DNA of 20,816 nucleotides, taken from positions 29,848-50,663 of the forward strand of contig CAYMPD010000005.1 in assembly GCA_964392445.1 (NCBI GenBank), read 5' to 3'. Each line of letters opens with the position of its first letter. Within the stretch, counting starts at the first letter, position 1. The position numbers were made by a program, and so were the translations under genes. This DNA comes from an uncultured archaeon. Lineage in GTDB: Archaea; Aenigmatarchaeota; Aenigmatarchaeia; CG10238-14. The notes below the pieces were generated by a model that was not told where the DNA came from, searched no databases, and saw nothing but the letters and a program-made list of their open reading frames with translations. This document shows positions 7,677-16,205 of the stretch, piece by piece.

Positions 7677-8225
7677 ATGCGGGAATTCATACTATTTTCA
7701 AGAACTGCTAGAACTGATGGTAATTTCAGGAATCTCAGACTTGGTGGTAGGCTAGATGTCGTTTATCAATGTATTCTAATGAGTATATTCTCTTCTCATA
7801 GACATAGGAACACCAAATTGCACGCTATTCTTAACGGCCCACCTAAATCACCTTTACACTTGGAGGTTCATGGGAAAAAATTAAGAGATGCTAGAGTGGA
7901 TGAAAAAACATGGGAGGAAATTCTGAGGAAAGTTTTGTCAGGAGGAGAACATCCAGGGATTAAAGTTGAGAAAAAGAGTTTCCAGGAACTAGTTAAAGAA
8001 AAAGGTAAAGTTTATGTACTCGAAGAAAGAGGTAAAGATATTGCTGACGTAGAATTTGATGAAAATCCTGTGTTTGTTCTAGGAGATCAAGTTGGACTTC
8101 CCAAGAAAGATGAAGGATTTGCTTTAAGATATGGTGAAAAGATTTCTTTAGGTAAAGGTTTGTATCTCTCTTCTTCTGCTATTGATGTTGTTAATTGGTG
8201 GTTGGATAGAAAAGGGATATTTTAA
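7677..8225 (+). CDS. trmY: tRNA (pseudouridine54-N1)-methyltransferase, SPOUT family
   Basis: MREFILFSRTARTDGNF, GRLDVV, SHRHR, LNGPP, FVLGDQVGL and ISLG..LYLSSSAIDVVNWWLDR are characteristic of TrmY. Confidence 0.92.
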   Translation: MREFILFSRTARTDGNFRNLRLGGRLDVVYQCILMSIFSSHRHRNTKLHAILNGPPKSPLHLEVHGKKLRDARVDEKTWEEILRKVLSGGEHPGIKVEKKSFQELVKEKGKVYVLEERGKDIADVEFDENPVFVLGDQVGLPKKDEGFALRYGEKISLGKGLYLSSSAIDVVNWWLDRKGIF

Positions 8226-8277
8226 TAGTATTTTACTTCAAAATTAATAAAATTAGACAGGTATTTCGTTAGTTAAA

Positions 8278-8285
8278 TTTAAATA
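8278..8285 (+). promoter_or_regulatory. TATA box TTTAAATA for ATG 8308
   Basis: Matches the archaeal TTTAWATA consensus and lies 23-30 nt upstream of ATG 8308. Confidence 0.5.
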
Positions 8286-8307
8286 CCTTAAATATATTCT
8301 TTTTATT

Positions 8308-9464
8308 ATGGATTATTCAACTAGAGCGGATATAATTCGCAAGTATATAGGGGAAATCCAGATATCCTAGGTGCTATTTTATATGGTTCCTCCAGTTTCA
8401 CAGATGGTAGATCTGAGGATGTTGACGTAGCTACTTTGGTACCCTCCAGAAAGAGTGTGGAGGGGGTCTGTGATTTTGATTTATATAGAAGGTTGAGAAA
8501 AACTAGGAAAGAACTAATTAGAGCACTTTATGGGGAAGATGTTGATTTGGTCCCTCATACTGAGGATGAATTACATACGAAAATGTCGCCATTAAAATTT
8601 CCAAGATACAATCCCTCCCTTGTTTATGGTGTACCCCTCAAAGGTGGATTCTCAGTTTCAAGGCCAGATCCCAATACTTCTTATACTCCAGCTGATATAG
8701 CTGAATGGGTTTTATCTGATACTAGAACTATAACAAGGAGACAAATACTTAGACCAACTGGAGAAAGAGAAATAAGAATATTCATCTCAAAATTAGCACA
8801 CGGGCCCGGTAATTATCTTACTTTATGGTCTTACAGGGAAAATATTGGAGATTATTTAGAAAATCCATCTAATATTGAAGGGTCTTTCGAAACTTTTGAA
8901 GAAATTACTGGTGTTAAAATTTTAGATGCTTTAAATTGGGTAAGAACTCTAAAACATGGAATTTCCAATGGTCATTTTAGCCCAGATGATGCTTTTCCTT
9001 TGATTACATGGTATGAAATTATGTTTTACGGTATAATGACTGGTGATTTTGAACCTCTTCAGGATTACATGAGAACGGAGATAAGAAGACCTGGAGTAGT
9101 ATTAATGTTGAGGGACGAGGAAGATAGAAGATTATTAATTCAACGGGACAATAAGGTCGACATAGCTAGCCCAGGAATCTGGTACCCACCAACCGAAACG
9201 ATCGAGTCAGAAAGCCCTTACCAAACCGCAGTTCGTTGCGCACAAGAGGAATTGGGGATAGATGTCGAACCTATGTTACTTAAAAAAGAAGAATTAGCAA
9301 CGGGAACTCCCGCATTCATATACGATGCTCAGATACCAGAAGGAAAAGATTTGGTCCTTCATGAAGGACAGAACTTTGATTTGTTCGATATAAATGCGAT
9401 AGATGGACTTGGAAATCCAGATAATATTAGAAGAAAATTAAAATATCTTTTTTCTCTTAACTAA
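8308..9464 (+). CDS. Pol-beta-type nucleotidyltransferase, helical domain and degenerate Nudix fusion; 5' end split by a frameshift near 8350-8356
   Basis: The frame of the 8436 ORF is open back to 8325 and reads GNPDILGAILYGSSSFTDGRSEDVDVATLVP (GS...DxD motif) with no ATG. ATG 8308 in another frame gives MDYSTRADIIRKYIGE. C-terminal LLIQRD...PGIWYPPTETIESESPYQTAVRCAQEELGI is a Nudix box variant. Confidence 0.7.
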
Positions 9465-9496
9465 TTTGTGACAGGTTCTTTGAATTGAAAAGGTAT

Positions 9497-9886
9497 TCAG
9501 TGACTTACTTCACTTTCTTTTTTCCAGATTAATCCTACTTTTATCTGATGCGATCTCCAATCACCGTCATTTTCTTCTAGGAATTCTCTCTCTTTAATTG
9601 TCGCTATATCATGAGCTTCTTTGTAAGGATCCAGGTCATACTTTTGGGAAACATACTTCTCAATTGATTCATGGACAGCGATTGCTTTTCTACTCATTTC
9701 ATCAAGGTCATCATCAACATATACAGCATGAAGTTGAGTGTCCCATCTTCCAATACATTTCTGATGTTTTTCTACTACTATATAATTCTTGATCTTAGTT
9801 CCATCATACTCTAAGTGAATCCATCCTTCTTTGAACTTGATATTTTTCACGGGTTCTTCTTCTAGTCTTCCGAGTAATTCTTCCAT
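9497..9886 (-). CDS. Small hypothetical protein with HExxE...H motif (possible minimal metalloprotein)
   Basis: VYVDDDL...AIAVHESIEKYV...EAHDIAT..ERE. Confidence 0.6.
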   Translation of the reverse strand: MEELLGRLEEEPVKNIKFKEGWIHLEYDGTKIKNYIVVEKHQKCIGRWDTQLHAVYVDDDLDEMSRKAIAVHESIEKYVSQKYDLDPYKEAHDIATIKEREFLEENDGDWRSHQIKVGLIWKKESEVSH

Positions 9887-9944
9887 TATAGAGATTTAGA
9901 ATTTTAGAGCTAAAATAAGTTTGATTATATGTTCACCAGTTTAA

Positions 9945-10202
9945 TTAAACGCCACCATTAAAAGCTTTAAGAATTAAGTCGTATTCTTCGGCTGTGTGTC
10001 CTTGAACGAAAATATATTGACCATCAGGACTTAAAGTATAACCTAGTTCAGTTGGTCCACCATCTGTAATTCTACTCCACCAACAATCTCCAATTTTTTG
10101 TGAATGACATTTCCCTCGCCAATATATACAACTCCCATCAACACGAGAAACAGCATTCCATGTGTCCTCAGAAACATTGTTGGGTCTTGTTGGTCTTAGC
10201 AT
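9945..10202 (-). CDS. Hypothetical protein, 85 aa
   Basis: ATG start in an otherwise empty interval, mostly A/T third codon positions, no recognisable motif. Confidence 0.5.
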   Translation of the reverse strand: MLRPTRPNNVSEDTWNAVSRVDGSCIYWRGKCHSQKIGDCWWSRITDGGPTELGYTLSPDGQYIFVQGHTAEEYDLILKAFNGGV

Positions 10203-10246
10203 ATTATCTAGTTATTTGGAATATCGGATATAAAATATTATCTGAT

Positions 10247-10321
10247 TGCTCGAGAGGGGATTCGAACCCCCGACCTTCACCTTAGGAGGGTGTTGCTCTA
10301 TCCAAACTGAGCTACTCGAGC
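10247..10321 (-). tRNA. tRNA-Arg(CCT), no intron, CCA not encoded
   Basis: Reverse complement folds as GCTCGAG TA GCTC AGTTTGGATA GAGC A ACACC CTCCTAA GGTGA AGGTC GGGGG TTCGAAT CCCCT CTCGAGC A. Anticodon CCT; A20 arginine identity element present. Confidence 0.96.
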
Positions 10322-10366
10322 GTAAAAATACTATCAATTAATTAGTCTTAAAATACTAAAATAGAT

Positions 10367-10642
10367 TTGATGTTCGGGATAAAAAAGCTTGAAAATGGGA
10401 TAATGATTAAGGTAAAAGTGAAACCTAATTCTCTGAAGTTCAAAATAGAAGAGAAAGATAATAGAATAATAATACATTGTAAATCCCCACCCGAAAAAAA
10501 TCAAGCCAACAGGGAAATAATTGAAAAACTAGAGAAATTAACTGGGAAAAAAGTAAAAATTGGTAGAGGCCTGACCTCAAAAAAGAAAAGTATAATCATT
10601 CATAATATTACAGAAAAAGATTTCAGGGAAATGATTCAATGA
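10367..10642 (+). CDS. DUF167/UPF0235 (YggU-like) family protein
   Basis: IKVKVKPNS...IIHCKSPPEKNQANREIIEKL...GKKVKIGRGLTSKKKSI. Start may be ATG 10370. ATGA overlap with tldD. Confidence 0.88.
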   Translation: MMFGIKKLENGIMIKVKVKPNSLKFKIEEKDNRIIIHCKSPPEKNQANREIIEKLEKLTGKKVKIGRGLTSKKKSIIIHNITEKDFREMIQ

Positions 10643-11997
10643 TCCAAGACTTAATGCAAAAAATTGTAGACATTCTCGGCGAAACATATTACGGTGACGT
10701 CAGATACGATACTTCCGATTCAACAGGTATTGGAAAAAATAAAAGTGAAGAGTCGGTGACAAAAGGTTCAGCAAATGGACTCTGTGTTCGAGTAATAGCA
10801 GACAATCAATGGTACTACCTTGGTTTTGATTCGATTGATGAGAGAAAAATACTCCATGAGATCAAAAATCTAGTAAGAAGAGTAGGAAATAAAAAGTCAA
10901 AAATCTGGATACAGGATCCCTGGGAGCTTGATAAAGAAGTTCAAGTAAAAGAAAATCCTGATGATATTTCGGTCGAAGAAAGAATGGCAAGAATAAGGGA
11001 AATATTCAAAAAAATAATGAAAAACAAAAAAATCGCTAATTCAAGTGTGGGAATGGCAAATGCTAGAAGTGAAACTGTTTTTATGAACACTGAGGGAACA
11101 AAACTCAGACAAGTCCTACCATATTTCCGATTTGTAATGTCTGCTACGTCTAAAGAGGGAAAGAATCTTGAGAATGATTATTTTGTTCTTGCCAAACAAG
11201 GGGGTTATGAACTATTTAGAGGAATAGATATTGATGAAAAAATAAACGATATGGTTAAGAATGCTGTAACTATGCTAGATGCAAAACAGATTAAAGGAGG
11301 GAGATATGATATAATTGTTGATCCTGAAATCTCGGGTGTTATTGCACATGAGTCTTTTGGTCATGGTTTGGAAGCAGATCAGGTTATGAGAGATAGGTCT
11401 TATCTTGCTCCGTTAAAAGGTAAAAAGATTATTTCAGATTTAGTTTCTATTCATGATAATTCTACTCTTAAAGGGGAAAGAGGGTTCTTGTTTTTTGATG
11501 ATGAGGGGATTAAGACTAGGGATAATACTTTGGTTGATAAGGGCGTTTTGAAACAATTTATGCATGACAGACAATCCTGTGTTAGAATGAACTCCCATCC
11601 TACAGGTAATGCTCGCGCTCAGAATTTTTCAAGGAAGGTTTTTGTTAGGATGACTAATACTTACATCTCTCCAGGTGATTGGAAGTTACAGGAGTTAATT
11701 GAAGAAACCAAATCTGGTTATTACTTGATTAAAAACTTGACTGGGATGGAAGATCCTCTTGGTGGAAATATGCAGATGATTACTGGCAGGGCAAAGGAGA
11801 TTAAGAATGGGGAGTTAACTGGGTTGTTTAAAGGTGTGGGAATAGCAGGGAAAGTATTGGAATTTTTAAGTGATGTTGACGCGGTCACAGATAATTTTGA
11901 AATTAAAGGGAGTGGTTGTGGGAAGGGAAGGGAAGATTATGTTTCTGTTAGTACTGGAGGACCATACATGCGTGTTAGAAATGTGGTGATTGGATGA
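10639..11997 (+). CDS. tldD: TldD metalloprotease, catalytic subunit
   Basis: HESFGHGLEAD zinc motif, FDDEG, TGNARAQ, VRMTNTYI, GCGK, VSTGGP. ATGA overlap with tldE. Confidence 0.93.
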   Translation: MIQDLMQKIVDILGETYYGDVRYDTSDSTGIGKNKSEESVTKGSANGLCVRVIADNQWYYLGFDSIDERKILHEIKNLVRRVGNKKSKIWIQDPWELDKEVQVKENPDDISVEERMARIREIFKKIMKNKKIANSSVGMANARSETVFMNTEGTKLRQVLPYFRFVMSATSKEGKNLENDYFVLAKQGGYELFRGIDIDEKINDMVKNAVTMLDAKQIKGGRYDIIVDPEISGVIAHESFGHGLEADQVMRDRSYLAPLKGKKIISDLVSIHDNSTLKGERGFLFFDDEGIKTRDNTLVDKGVLKQFMHDRQSCVRMNSHPTGNARAQNFSRKVFVRMTNTYISPGDWKLQELIEETKSGYYLIKNLTGMEDPLGGNMQMITGRAKEIKNGELTGLFKGVGIAGKVLEFLSDVDAVTDNFEIKGSGCGKGREDYVSVSTGGPYMRVRNVVIG

Positions 11998-13328
11998 AGG
12001 AAAAGATAATTAAACAAGCGAAGAAAATGTTGAAGGATTATGATATTTACCTACAGTCCACCGAGATCAACGAAGTGCAGTTGGAAAGAAAAAGGGTTAA
12101 TTTTGTTAACAAGGTTTTTGATTCAGGTTATGGTGTTCGTACTTTAAAGGGAGGATTGGGATTCAGTGCTAGTAATGTAAAAACAGAAGAAAAGATGAAA
12201 GAAATAATTCAAAATTCGATTAAATCTGCTGAAATGACCGAGAAGGTTAAATTCAAGTTCCCAAAACCAGGGAAATATTCCAAGGTTAAAACAATCGACA
12301 GGAAAATAAGGAAGAAAGGTGAAGAGGCGGTAAAAGATTACACGGAACAATTAGTGAATAAGATTCCAGAAGATGTTTTGTTATCGTTCGGGAAAATAAG
12401 AACTTATGATAGTGTCACCCAAATAATTAATTCTGAAGATTTGGAGGTTGAAAGAGAGGATACCAATTTTATGGTTGAGCTATCGTTGATAGTTGAAAAA
12501 AATAACAAAAGAATGGAATTCTGGCCTCACGAGTATCGAAGAAGGATTCAAGATTTACCTATGAGTAGAATTGAAAGATGGATAAAGATAGCTCAAGATC
12601 AAACAATAGCAAAAGAACCGGAAACAGAAAAGACGACAGTTGTGTTTGCACCCTCAGTTGTTTTGGATGGTCTAGGAACAGTAATAGGTGCTCATGCTAG
12701 TGGTACTGCAAAAGTGAATGATGTGACCAAATTCTCGGTGGGAGATAAGGTTGCTTCGCCGAAGTTAACAATTATTTCTGATGGTCTTTATCCCTATGGG
12801 TTGATGAGTAGCGAGTTTGATGATGAAGGTGTTGCTCAAAGAAAAGTCCCAGTTGTTGTCAACGGTGTTTTCAAAAGTTTTGTTTATGATCAGTTCTATG
12901 CGTTAAAAGATAACACCAAATCAACAGGTAATGGTTTGAAGCAATCAGATGTTTTCTACGTTTTTGATGGTAAATATGCTAGTCAGCCCGGAAACCAAAT
13001 ATCGAATTTTCATGTGAAACCTGGAACTGTTAGTTATGATGATTTGATTGAAGATATTCAACATGGAATTTTGGTTGAACAATTCAGTTGGTTGAATCCT
13101 GATGCTACTACAGGTAAATTTTCCTCGGAGATAAGAGCGGGATATTATATTAGAAATGGAGAAATTAAGGAACCGATCAAGGGTGGTTTAGTTATCGGGA
13201 ATATTTTTGACATGATTAAGAGAATTGATGGGGTTAGTGATGAGTCTGTGATTTGTTCTGGTGCAAATGTATTTGCTGGAATCTGTCCTTATATTAGTTT
13301 TGAGGATGTTCAAGTTGCTGGAAAATGA
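11994..13328 (+). CDS. pmbA: TldE/PmbA non-catalytic subunit
   Basis: GYGVR..GGLGFS, EFDDEGV, STGNG, GKFS, EIKEPIKG; no HExxH; directly follows tldD. Confidence 0.9.
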   Translation: MKEKIIKQAKKMLKDYDIYLQSTEINEVQLERKRVNFVNKVFDSGYGVRTLKGGLGFSASNVKTEEKMKEIIQNSIKSAEMTEKVKFKFPKPGKYSKVKTIDRKIRKKGEEAVKDYTEQLVNKIPEDVLLSFGKIRTYDSVTQIINSEDLEVEREDTNFMVELSLIVEKNNKRMEFWPHEYRRRIQDLPMSRIERWIKIAQDQTIAKEPETEKTTVVFAPSVVLDGLGTVIGAHASGTAKVNDVTKFSVGDKVASPKLTIISDGLYPYGLMSSEFDDEGVAQRKVPVVVNGVFKSFVYDQFYALKDNTKSTGNGLKQSDVFYVFDGKYASQPGNQISNFHVKPGTVSYDDLIEDIQHGILVEQFSWLNPDATTGKFSSEIRAGYYIRNGEIKEPIKGGLVIGNIFDMIKRIDGVSDESVICSGANVFAGICPYISFEDVQVAGK

Positions 13329-13338
13329 TTTGATTAAA

Positions 13339-13554
13339 TTATGGTCCCCAACTTCTCTTGGATCGTAAACTAGCTTTTGACACTTTAGGACTAACCTGTA
13401 AAGGATAAGGACCTGTCTGATTACCTCCTTTAGGTCCAGAACATCTTCCTAGACATGTCCCTCTACCACGATAAACGCCAGTAGATTCCCTCAGACTCGG
13501 TACATATGGTAATCTACGTCCCAAAAAACCTCTTCCTAATCTATCTGAAACCAT
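13339..13554 (-). CDS. 71-aa Gly/Arg/Ser/Pro-rich basic peptide
   Basis: ATG to TAA. By hand count only 13 of 71 codons end in G/C although the segment is relatively GC-rich, which is a coding signature. Contains GRG..GRR, RGRGTCLGRCSGPKGG, TGP. Confidence 0.65.
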   Translation of the reverse strand: MVSDRLGRGFLGRRLPYVPSLRESTGVYRGRGTCLGRCSGPKGGNQTGPYPLQVSPKVSKASLRSKRSWGP

Positions 13555-13645
13555 GCTAAAATATATGAAGAAAGAGATAAAAACCCCACTTTTCTAGCTA
13601 ATAGAAAAATCTAATTAATATTTTCAATATTACAAATAATAGTGT

Positions 13646-14746
13646 ATGAAACTCCGTCAATTTCAAAAAGAACTCGAAAATCAAGAATTAGATGCTTCAA
13701 TATTTCTCTGTTCATCACCTATACACGATTCTAACATTCAATACTTCGCTGGTTTCCTTCAAACCAGATTCTGGGCATTCAGTTGTTTGATAATAACTCC
13801 AGAAAAATCCGTTCTTATACCATCCAGATTAGAATATGACCGAGCGCTAGAAGAAGCTAATGCAAGTGAGATAATTAATCTCAAAGATTACGATAACAGT
13901 CTTACAAGGGTGTTGAAGGAGAAACTAAAAAACACGAAAAGAATCGGAGTAATTGAAAGAATTTTCCCCTACAGATTAGCAAGAAAGTTGAAAGATAAAG
14001 AATTCCAGGATATTTCAGAAATAACAGAAGAATTGAAAAGTATCAAAACAAAAAAAGAACTAGAATTAATTAAAAAATCATGTAAAATAGCAAATCATGG
14101 GATAAAAGTAATTCAAGAAAATCTATCGACGAAAATAACAGAAAAAGAACTAGCAATAACACTTGAACAGGAATTGATTCGAGAGGGTGCTAATGAAATT
14201 GCATTTCCAACAATTGTTAGTTCAGGAAAAAGATCGGCTTATGTACATCCAGAACCTAGTTTCTCCGAAAAAAGAATCCAAGAAGGTCTTGGTTTAATTG
14301 ACTTTGGGGCGAGACACAAAGGTTATTGCTCGGATGTCACGGTACCGTTCTCAATTGGGGAATTAACTAAAAATCAAGAAAAAATGGTAGAAACAACTCA
14401 AGAAGCATATCAAAAATCACTAGAATCATTGAAAGTGGAAAACCCAACCTGGGAGATTTATAATATAGCAGAAAAAGTTCTTGAAAACAATGGTTATGAG
14501 TTCAAACATTCATTAGGGCACGGACTGGGATTGGATGTTCATGATTCGCCAAATTTCTCACCTAAACCTACAGTAGAAGAAGAGTTAAAAGATTGGGAAG
14601 AAGTTAAGCTAAAAGAGAATATGGTATTCACGATTGAACCAGGGGTTTATGTACCTGGAATCGGTGGATCTAGACTTGAAAATGATATTTTGATGACAAA
14701 AAAAGGACCTGAAATTTTAACTAAGTCGAGATTTTTATCTTTTTAG
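13646..14746 (+). CDS. pepQ: Xaa-Pro aminopeptidase/prolidase (M24 family)
   Basis: IDFG...GYCSDVT, HSLGHGLGLDVHD, TIEPGVY, SRLENDIL metal-binding motifs; creatinase-like N-terminal domain. Confidence 0.92.
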   Translation: MKLRQFQKELENQELDASIFLCSSPIHDSNIQYFAGFLQTRFWAFSCLIITPEKSVLIPSRLEYDRALEEANASEIINLKDYDNSLTRVLKEKLKNTKRIGVIERIFPYRLARKLKDKEFQDISEITEELKSIKTKKELELIKKSCKIANHGIKVIQENLSTKITEKELAITLEQELIREGANEIAFPTIVSSGKRSAYVHPEPSFSEKRIQEGLGLIDFGARHKGYCSDVTVPFSIGELTKNQEKMVETTQEAYQKSLESLKVENPTWEIYNIAEKVLENNGYEFKHSLGHGLGLDVHDSPNFSPKPTVEEELKDWEEVKLKENMVFTIEPGVYVPGIGGSRLENDILMTKKGPEILTKSRFLSF

Positions 14747-14788
14747 CTACTTATTTGGTTTTTTATAATTAATTGGTTATTTCTATTT

Positions 14789-16147
14789 ATGCACAATGTA
14801 TATTTCGCAGATTTTATAATAACGCCGGAAAACAAGCCTAAAATACTAGAAGTTCATGGGCCCATTGGTGGAGGTCTTAGATGGTTTAGGCAACTTTATG
14901 GTACAGATCAAGCAAATGAAAGATACTTTAGGGGACTTTCAGAACTGGCTAATGGAAAGCCAATCTACATCCTACCTGTTGGGGATATTTGTCGAATGGA
15001 AATATCTGGTCTTGAATCTTTCATAAGAGATCATAATTTAGTGGGTCCTTTGGAGCCACAAACGGAATGGATAGATGATATGAATGGTCATCACGGGAGA
15101 AAATATTCAGATGATAACATAAATAGAGGAAGGATAATAGATCCTTTATTGAGAAGACTGGGTATTGAATTCTATTATTTTGATGATGTTTCAGGAGAAG
15201 GAGCTGGAAATGTGAAGTTATCAAATGTTAGAGATAGGTATGTTGATAAGAAAAAAAGGTTGGTTAAAGGTAAAGATCTTTGTTTAAGGGAAGATGAAAT
15301 CGGATTGGTTTTAGCTCAGAGACATCCGCATGATTTTCCAGATTATTTAAAAACGGATAGGGAATATCCATTTCAAATTGTTAACCCATTCTGGATGGCT
15401 GAACTTTTGGGTAACAAAGCGTATTTTAATTCTATTTTATTAGATAGTGAACTTCGTGAATTTGTCCCAGATTTTGGACTTTATGGTATGGGGATGATGG
15501 ATGGAAGAACAAGAAAATTAATAGAAAGTTCTCTTGGTCAATCAAATGGGAATCCAATGATGGTTAAAAAACCAACTTATTTACATCTTGGGAGAGGTAT
15601 TAGGTATTTATATAGAAATGATGTCATGGAGTTATTAGATGAATATACAGGCCCTCTACATTCTGAAGACACTGTAATCACACTTCTTACATTGTTATTT
15701 CGTGACATAGATTTATTTACTAGCCTAGTTTCTATAGTACAGGAATTCGTTCCTTCGAAAATTGTTCTCAGTCAAAGAACCGGGGAATATCACCAAGGTT
15801 ACGTTAGAGGAATTACCTTTGATGGTGACTGGATTGGTGGGTTTTGGATACTATCAAATGAGCCATCAGATACCCAATATCCAAAATTTGTTGATTTAAG
15901 GAAACATAGAACGCATTTTTCTCCTTTATCTCCTGATGATGAAGTTATTGTTAGAGAAAGTATGCTCACAGCGATGAACGGATTTGAAAATTTGATCGGA
16001 ACATATGATATGAATTCCGTGGCAACTTTCAGGGATTTTAGATGGTTATTCTGGTGTGAAAGATTAAAAAGAACAATAGATGAGAGTGATGTTTTTGATT
16101 CTAGAATAAAACCAGTTGATTTTCTAGAAATGTTAGAAAGAGAATAG
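14789..16147 (+). CDS. Circularly permuted ATP-grasp-like ligase
   Basis: The D-x11-E-x-(N/H) motif that is normally C-terminal lies at the N-terminus (ADFIITPENKPKILEVHG). It is followed by IVNP...LLGNKAY, MVKKP...GRGI, IVQEFVPS and GYVRG. Confidence 0.65.
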   Translation: MHNVYFADFIITPENKPKILEVHGPIGGGLRWFRQLYGTDQANERYFRGLSELANGKPIYILPVGDICRMEISGLESFIRDHNLVGPLEPQTEWIDDMNGHHGRKYSDDNINRGRIIDPLLRRLGIEFYYFDDVSGEGAGNVKLSNVRDRYVDKKKRLVKGKDLCLREDEIGLVLAQRHPHDFPDYLKTDREYPFQIVNPFWMAELLGNKAYFNSILLDSELREFVPDFGLYGMGMMDGRTRKLIESSLGQSNGNPMMVKKPTYLHLGRGIRYLYRNDVMELLDEYTGPLHSEDTVITLLTLLFRDIDLFTSLVSIVQEFVPSKIVLSQRTGEYHQGYVRGITFDGDWIGGFWILSNEPSDTQYPKFVDLRKHRTHFSPLSPDDEVIVRESMLTAMNGFENLIGTYDMNSVATFRDFRWLFWCERLKRTIDESDVFDSRIKPVDFLEMLERE

Positions 16148-16190
16148 TGGTTCCTTAACAAATAAAGGCAAGAGACTACTAAATATATTA

Positions 16191-16197
16191 AGGAGGT
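16191..16197 (+). promoter_or_regulatory. Shine-Dalgarno AGGAGGT for TTG 16206
   Basis: Strong SD 8 nt before TTG, supporting the non-ATG start. Confidence 0.7.
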
Positions 16198-16205
16198 TTG
16201 ATAAA

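Noticed and set aside
8351-8357. GGGAAAT as a canonical -1 ribosomal slippery heptamer
   Set aside because: X XXY YYZ phasing would need G GGA AAT in the frame of ATG 8308, but that frame reads GGG GAA ATC. A canonical programmed -1 shift cannot explain the break.
8226-10246. Integrated element at the tRNA-Arg 3' end
   Set aside because: ORFan-like genes lie downstream of the tRNA, but I found no duplicate of the tRNA 3' end (att site) and no integrase.
9598-10285. ORFs 9598..9792 (+) and 10100..10285 (+)
   Set aside because: Antisense to other genes; the second runs into the tRNA (its RGDSNPRP end is the typical translation of an antisense tRNA).
13339-13554. SRP RNA, RNase P RNA or another structured ncRNA
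   Set aside because: No long helices or hallmark motifs seen, and GC is concentrated in codon positions 1-2 of the minus-strand ORF.
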